Below the pieces are notes generated by a model. It had not been told where the DNA came from. It saw only the letters and a program-made list of their open reading frames with translations, and did no database searches. A DNA stretch of 25,963 nt, from the IMG/VR virus record IMGVR_UViG_3300025103_000137, positions 1 to 25,963 of that record. One strand, written 5' to 3'. Each line of letters opens with the position of its first letter. Positions within the stretch are counted from its first letter, which is position 1. The position numbers and the translations under genes were made by a program. Shown here in pieces: positions 22,881-25,963 of this stretch. The stretch comes from a virus (taxonomy: Duplodnaviria > Caudoviricetes).

Positions 22881-24857
22881 CTAAGCAAAAATATTCCTAA
22901 TGTCTCTACGTGTTGAAAAACTGTTGTTGCGTTGTTTTGTACTATAGCCTCCTGCTGGAGCAGAAGGTCTAGGTGCTGACGTAGGTGCTCTAGCTACTGG
23001 TCCTGTTTCATACCTGTCATTCATACGCTTTTGAGCTGCTGCTGCTTGTCTTGCTTTTTCTTCTGCTTTTGCTTTTGCTTTAGCTTGTGCTGCTGCTTGT
23101 CTTGCTTTTTCTTCTGCTTCTGCTTTTGCCTTAGCTTGTGCTGCTGCTTGTGCTGCTGCTTGTCTTGTTTTTTCTTCTGCTTCTGCTTTTGCTTTAGCTT
23201 GTGCTGCTGCTTCTGCCTGTGCTCTAGCTCTAGCTTGTTCTGATAACCTAGCTTGTTCTCTAGCTTGTGCTGCTGCTTCTGCTTGTGCCCTAGCTTGTGC
23301 TTCTGCTTGTGCTGCTGTTTGTTTATTAACAAGACTTGTTCTAGCTTCAGTAAAATCAGTTACTTCTTTTAATACTTCAGCATACATGTTATTAAACTTA
23401 GTATCATTCTCTAACCTAGCAATGTCATCATAAATTTCATTAAGAGTTTCTTCTTTAGGACCAGCAACTGGCTCTGGTGTTACTGGTTGTGTACCTAAAT
23501 CATCATAGTTTTTATAATAATTACCATCATTGCCTTGATACAAATCTTGGTTATCCATTTCAGCTTGAGTTAGTGGTTGATTAAACAACATGCTATCATT
23601 AAAAGAATAATCAGCTTCAGACTCTATTGGTGTTTTGTCTTGTAAAAATGTATCAGGTATCCCCATTTTACCTACAAAGTTTCCATCACTGTCTCTACTA
23701 AATGTAGGCTCAATAAACAAACCATCCCTTAATTCTTCTTTTGTTAAATTAAGTGCCATCTGGTCAGCCATATTTTGTAGTTGGTCAGCTTGGCTTTGTA
23801 CAGTAGGTTGACTATCTATGTAATTAGAAACAATTTCATCTGTAGCAGCTTGGTCATTTATATAATTAGAAACAATCTCATCTATAGCAGGTGGTTGTAT
23901 AGTTGCATTGCTTATTTGTCCTTGTTGCATTCTATTTTGCTCTGCTAATATAGCTTGTTGCTCCGGAGTTAAAAATAAAGAAGCCTCTGTATTATTAGGA
24001 CTAGGAAACATAGTGCTAGGTGGAGGATTGTCTGGTCCAAATATCCCCATTTCATCTATTGTTTGCTGGTATGTTAAATCTCCAGCAGAACTAGGAGGTC
24101 TAGGTGTAATACCATTAAATGCAGGCATACTAACATCAGCACTTACTTCTGGATTTACCGGCTGTACTCCTTCTGGTAATTCAACTGCTGGCATATTTAT
24201 TGCAGCATCTGCTACTCCTGCTGGTTCTGTATATCCTTCACCAAATTGTCCTTCATAATAAGGATTTGCTACATCAGCAGGTGTACCAAAGATACTATAA
24301 TCTGCACCACCTGTTCTTAATCCTTGGCCATAAGTGTACTCATCTAAGCCACCCGGACCAGTATAATTAAATAATGATGAGTCATTGTATGCAGATAAAT
24401 CTGGTGCGTATATAGTTCCAGAAGGTGTGCGTTGTCTAAAAACTTTTGAAGTTAATACTGGTGTTGTTGGTACTGCATTTGCTACAGTAGCAGCACTACT
24501 TCTTCCAGTAGTGTTTACTGGCGATGGTGTTCTGTTTGGTTCTGAGGGAGTTGTGTTAGGAGGTATAGGATTAAAGCTCCAGTCTGGACCTCTTGAGCCA
24601 CCATATGCTTCATACTCATAGTTTGCTTGCATATCATCTGCTGGTATGTCATATGTTAAGTCCATATTATTACTCATCCAGCTACTATCATCAAAAAGAC
24701 TTGGAGGCTGTACTGGGTTAAAATCATTCCAAGGACCGGGTCCGCTGGTATTTTGTGCTGGGGTAGACACCGGAGCAGTGTAAGGAGAATGCACATCTGT
24801 TGGATATGGGTTTGCGTACCTATCTGCTAAAGTAATTTTTATAGGGCCTATTGCCAT
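22881..24857 (-). CDS. Putative internal virion protein with Pro-rich disordered N-terminus and TolA-like Ala/Gln/Lys/Glu repeats
   Basis: 658 aa with an AQA/KAEAEEKARQAAAQ repeat tract; AGGAGA RBS. Confidence 0.55.
   Translation of the reverse strand: MAIGPIKITLADRYANPYPTDVHSPYTAPVSTPAQNTSGPGPWNDFNPVQPPSLFDDSSWMSNNMDLTYDIPADDMQANYEYEAYGGSRGPDWSFNPIPPNTTPSEPNRTPSPVNTTGRSSAATVANAVPTTPVLTSKVFRQRTPSGTIYAPDLSAYNDSSLFNYTGPGGLDEYTYGQGLRTGGADYSIFGTPADVANPYYEGQFGEGYTEPAGVADAAINMPAVELPEGVQPVNPEVSADVSMPAFNGITPRPPSSAGDLTYQQTIDEMGIFGPDNPPPSTMFPSPNNTEASLFLTPEQQAILAEQNRMQQGQISNATIQPPAIDEIVSNYINDQAATDEIVSNYIDSQPTVQSQADQLQNMADQMALNLTKEELRDGLFIEPTFSRDSDGNFVGKMGIPDTFLQDKTPIESEADYSFNDSMLFNQPLTQAEMDNQDLYQGNDGNYYKNYDDLGTQPVTPEPVAGPKEETLNEIYDDIARLENDTKFNNMYAEVLKEVTDFTEARTSLVNKQTAAQAEAQARAQAEAAAQAREQARLSEQARARAQAEAAAQAKAKAEAEEKTRQAAAQAAAQAKAKAEAEEKARQAAAQAKAKAKAEEKARQAAAAQKRMNDRYETGPVARAPTSAPRPSAPAGGYSTKQRNNSFSTRRDIRNIFA
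23030..23320 (-). repeat. Intragenic imperfect tandem repeats
   Basis: Recurrent GCTTGTGCTGCTGCTT and CTTCTGCTTCTGCTTTTGC units encoding the alanine-rich helix. Confidence 0.85.
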
Positions 24858-24866
24858 TTTGTCTCC

Positions 24867-25661
24867 TTAAAATAAACTATACATTTGAGCCAAACCACCT
24901 AAGTTACTCATAGCACTAGCACCCGGTGTTGTAGATATGGATTGTCCTGCGTTTCCAACTAAAGGACTAAACCCTGTAATACCAGACTGGTACTGTTTTA
25001 ATTGTTGATATGGTAAGTTTTGCTCAAACTCTTGTTGAGCCATAGCATCTTGTATCAATGCTTGCTCTCTTTGTTGTTGTTGACTACCAGAAGCACCTAA
25101 TGCACTATAAGGACTGAAGCCAGCTTGCATTAAACCACCAGTCATTCCTAAGGTAGCCCTTTGCTGCCCTAATCCTTGGCCATAAGCATTGCTGTATATT
25201 TGTGCTGCTGCTTGGTTAGCTGAGTCTGCTGCTCCAGCTATAGCATTACCTTCTGCAATACCTTGTCTGCCACCACCATAACCGCCTGACATAATAGCAC
25301 CACCTCGTATGTCTGCTAAACTATCCTGTACACCTGCCATTGCTCTATCTGCTGCTGCCTGTGCCATGTTATTAACATATGGGTTATTAGCCACATCAAT
25401 CATACTAGGGTCAAGGTTTTGCTGATAAGCACTTAACGCAGGATTCATTATACTAGGAGCACCTTGTGTTGCAAAGTCTCTAATACCTTGCTGTGCTGTT
25501 AGTTGGTCTGGTGTAAAGCCTGCTTGTGTTTGACCACTGTAGTACTGAGGTGTGTTGTTGTTATATAAATTAGCAGCTTCTTTAAAGCCACTTTCCATAT
25601 AAGGTACAGCGACATCCCAAGGGTCTTGGTTTACTGTACTTGTGTTGTCACCTTTAGACAT
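24867..25661 (-). CDS. DNA ejection/pilot protein (P22 gp7-like)
   Basis: Gln/Gly/Ala-rich, with NPY and GGYGGGRQGIAEG motifs and a hydrophobic C-terminus, typical of podovirus ejection proteins. Confidence 0.6.
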   Translation of the reverse strand: MSKGDNTSTVNQDPWDVAVPYMESGFKEAANLYNNNTPQYYSGQTQAGFTPDQLTAQQGIRDFATQGAPSIMNPALSAYQQNLDPSMIDVANNPYVNNMAQAAADRAMAGVQDSLADIRGGAIMSGGYGGGRQGIAEGNAIAGAADSANQAAAQIYSNAYGQGLGQQRATLGMTGGLMQAGFSPYSALGASGSQQQQREQALIQDAMAQQEFEQNLPYQQLKQYQSGITGFSPLVGNAGQSISTTPGASAMSNLGGLAQMYSLF

Positions 25662-25963
25662 TGTTTATCTCCTTTGCAAATAATCTTGTTTGTTCTTTAT
25701 AATTAATATCCTTAAGTACCTTTCCCCATCCTTTGCGACCAAATAGTTCTACATACTCACAATTGTTTTCTTTTCCAAATGCATTTAGGAGTGCATCTGC
25801 TTCATCTCTCCATTCCATAAATTCTTTTCCACCTAACAGTAATACACATAATATGTTTTTCTGTGGATACTTACTTATCTTTGTAACAAAAGCACCTTCT
25901 ACATGCGTGCCTATTTTTACCCAAAGCTGCATATTCTTTGATTTACAGGCACTTTTTATGTCA
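25654..25963 (-). CDS. Small virion-assembly protein, possibly GNAT-like fold (5' end outside the window)
   Basis: The frame stays open to the window edge (DIKSACKSKNMQLW...). C..VELFGRKGW.KVL motif; located before the ejection genes. Confidence 0.55.
   Translation of the reverse strand, partial: DIKSACKSKNMQLWVKIGTHVEGAFVTKISKYPQKNILCVLLLGGKEFMEWRDEADALLNAFGKENNCEYVELFGRKGWGKVLKDINYKEQTRLFAKEINNV

Noticed and set aside
18846-24621. Plus-strand ORFs within the virion genes, including the Cys/Phe-rich 23031-23243, and the alternative-frame ORF 23021-23332
   Set aside because: These are antisense or frame shadows of long minus-strand genes and their repeats.
1-25963. Stop-codon reassignment or programmed frameshifts
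   Set aside because: Genes tile densely under the standard code, all three stops are used, and no core gene is split.

Overview
About 26 kb of an AT-rich, probably marine, podovirus-like phage genome with two oppositely transcribed arms. The minus strand at 1-4952 carries the head and packaging genes (scaffold, portal, TerL, TerS). A non-coding divergent control region at about 4953-5493 is a candidate genome end. The plus strand at 5494-18292 carries small early genes, then SSB, a T7-like primase-helicase, family A DNA polymerase (Tyr762 type), DUF3310, a Cas4-like exonuclease, class II ribonucleotide reductase, small membrane proteins, a lipoprotein and RusA. The minus strand at 18264-25963 carries internal virion/DNA-ejection genes. 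No RNA polymerase or integrase is visible, and the promoters look like host sigma70 promoters. The most striking unexplained content is non-coding. (1) An early-region array of three H-type pseudoknot repeats with compensatory changes in both stems, each followed by a different hairpin (6831-7109). (2) Two tandem tRNA-half-like units, each an 8-bp GAAU-capped arm plus a perfect T-arm (8934-9016). (3) A promoter-plus-leader cassette shared in inverted orientation by the packaging and replication operons. (4) A 23-bp hairpin whose loop is complementary to early-gene ribosome-binding regions. GATC appears to be absent from the window. All calls come from reading by eye and recalled motifs; no searches or folding programs were run.
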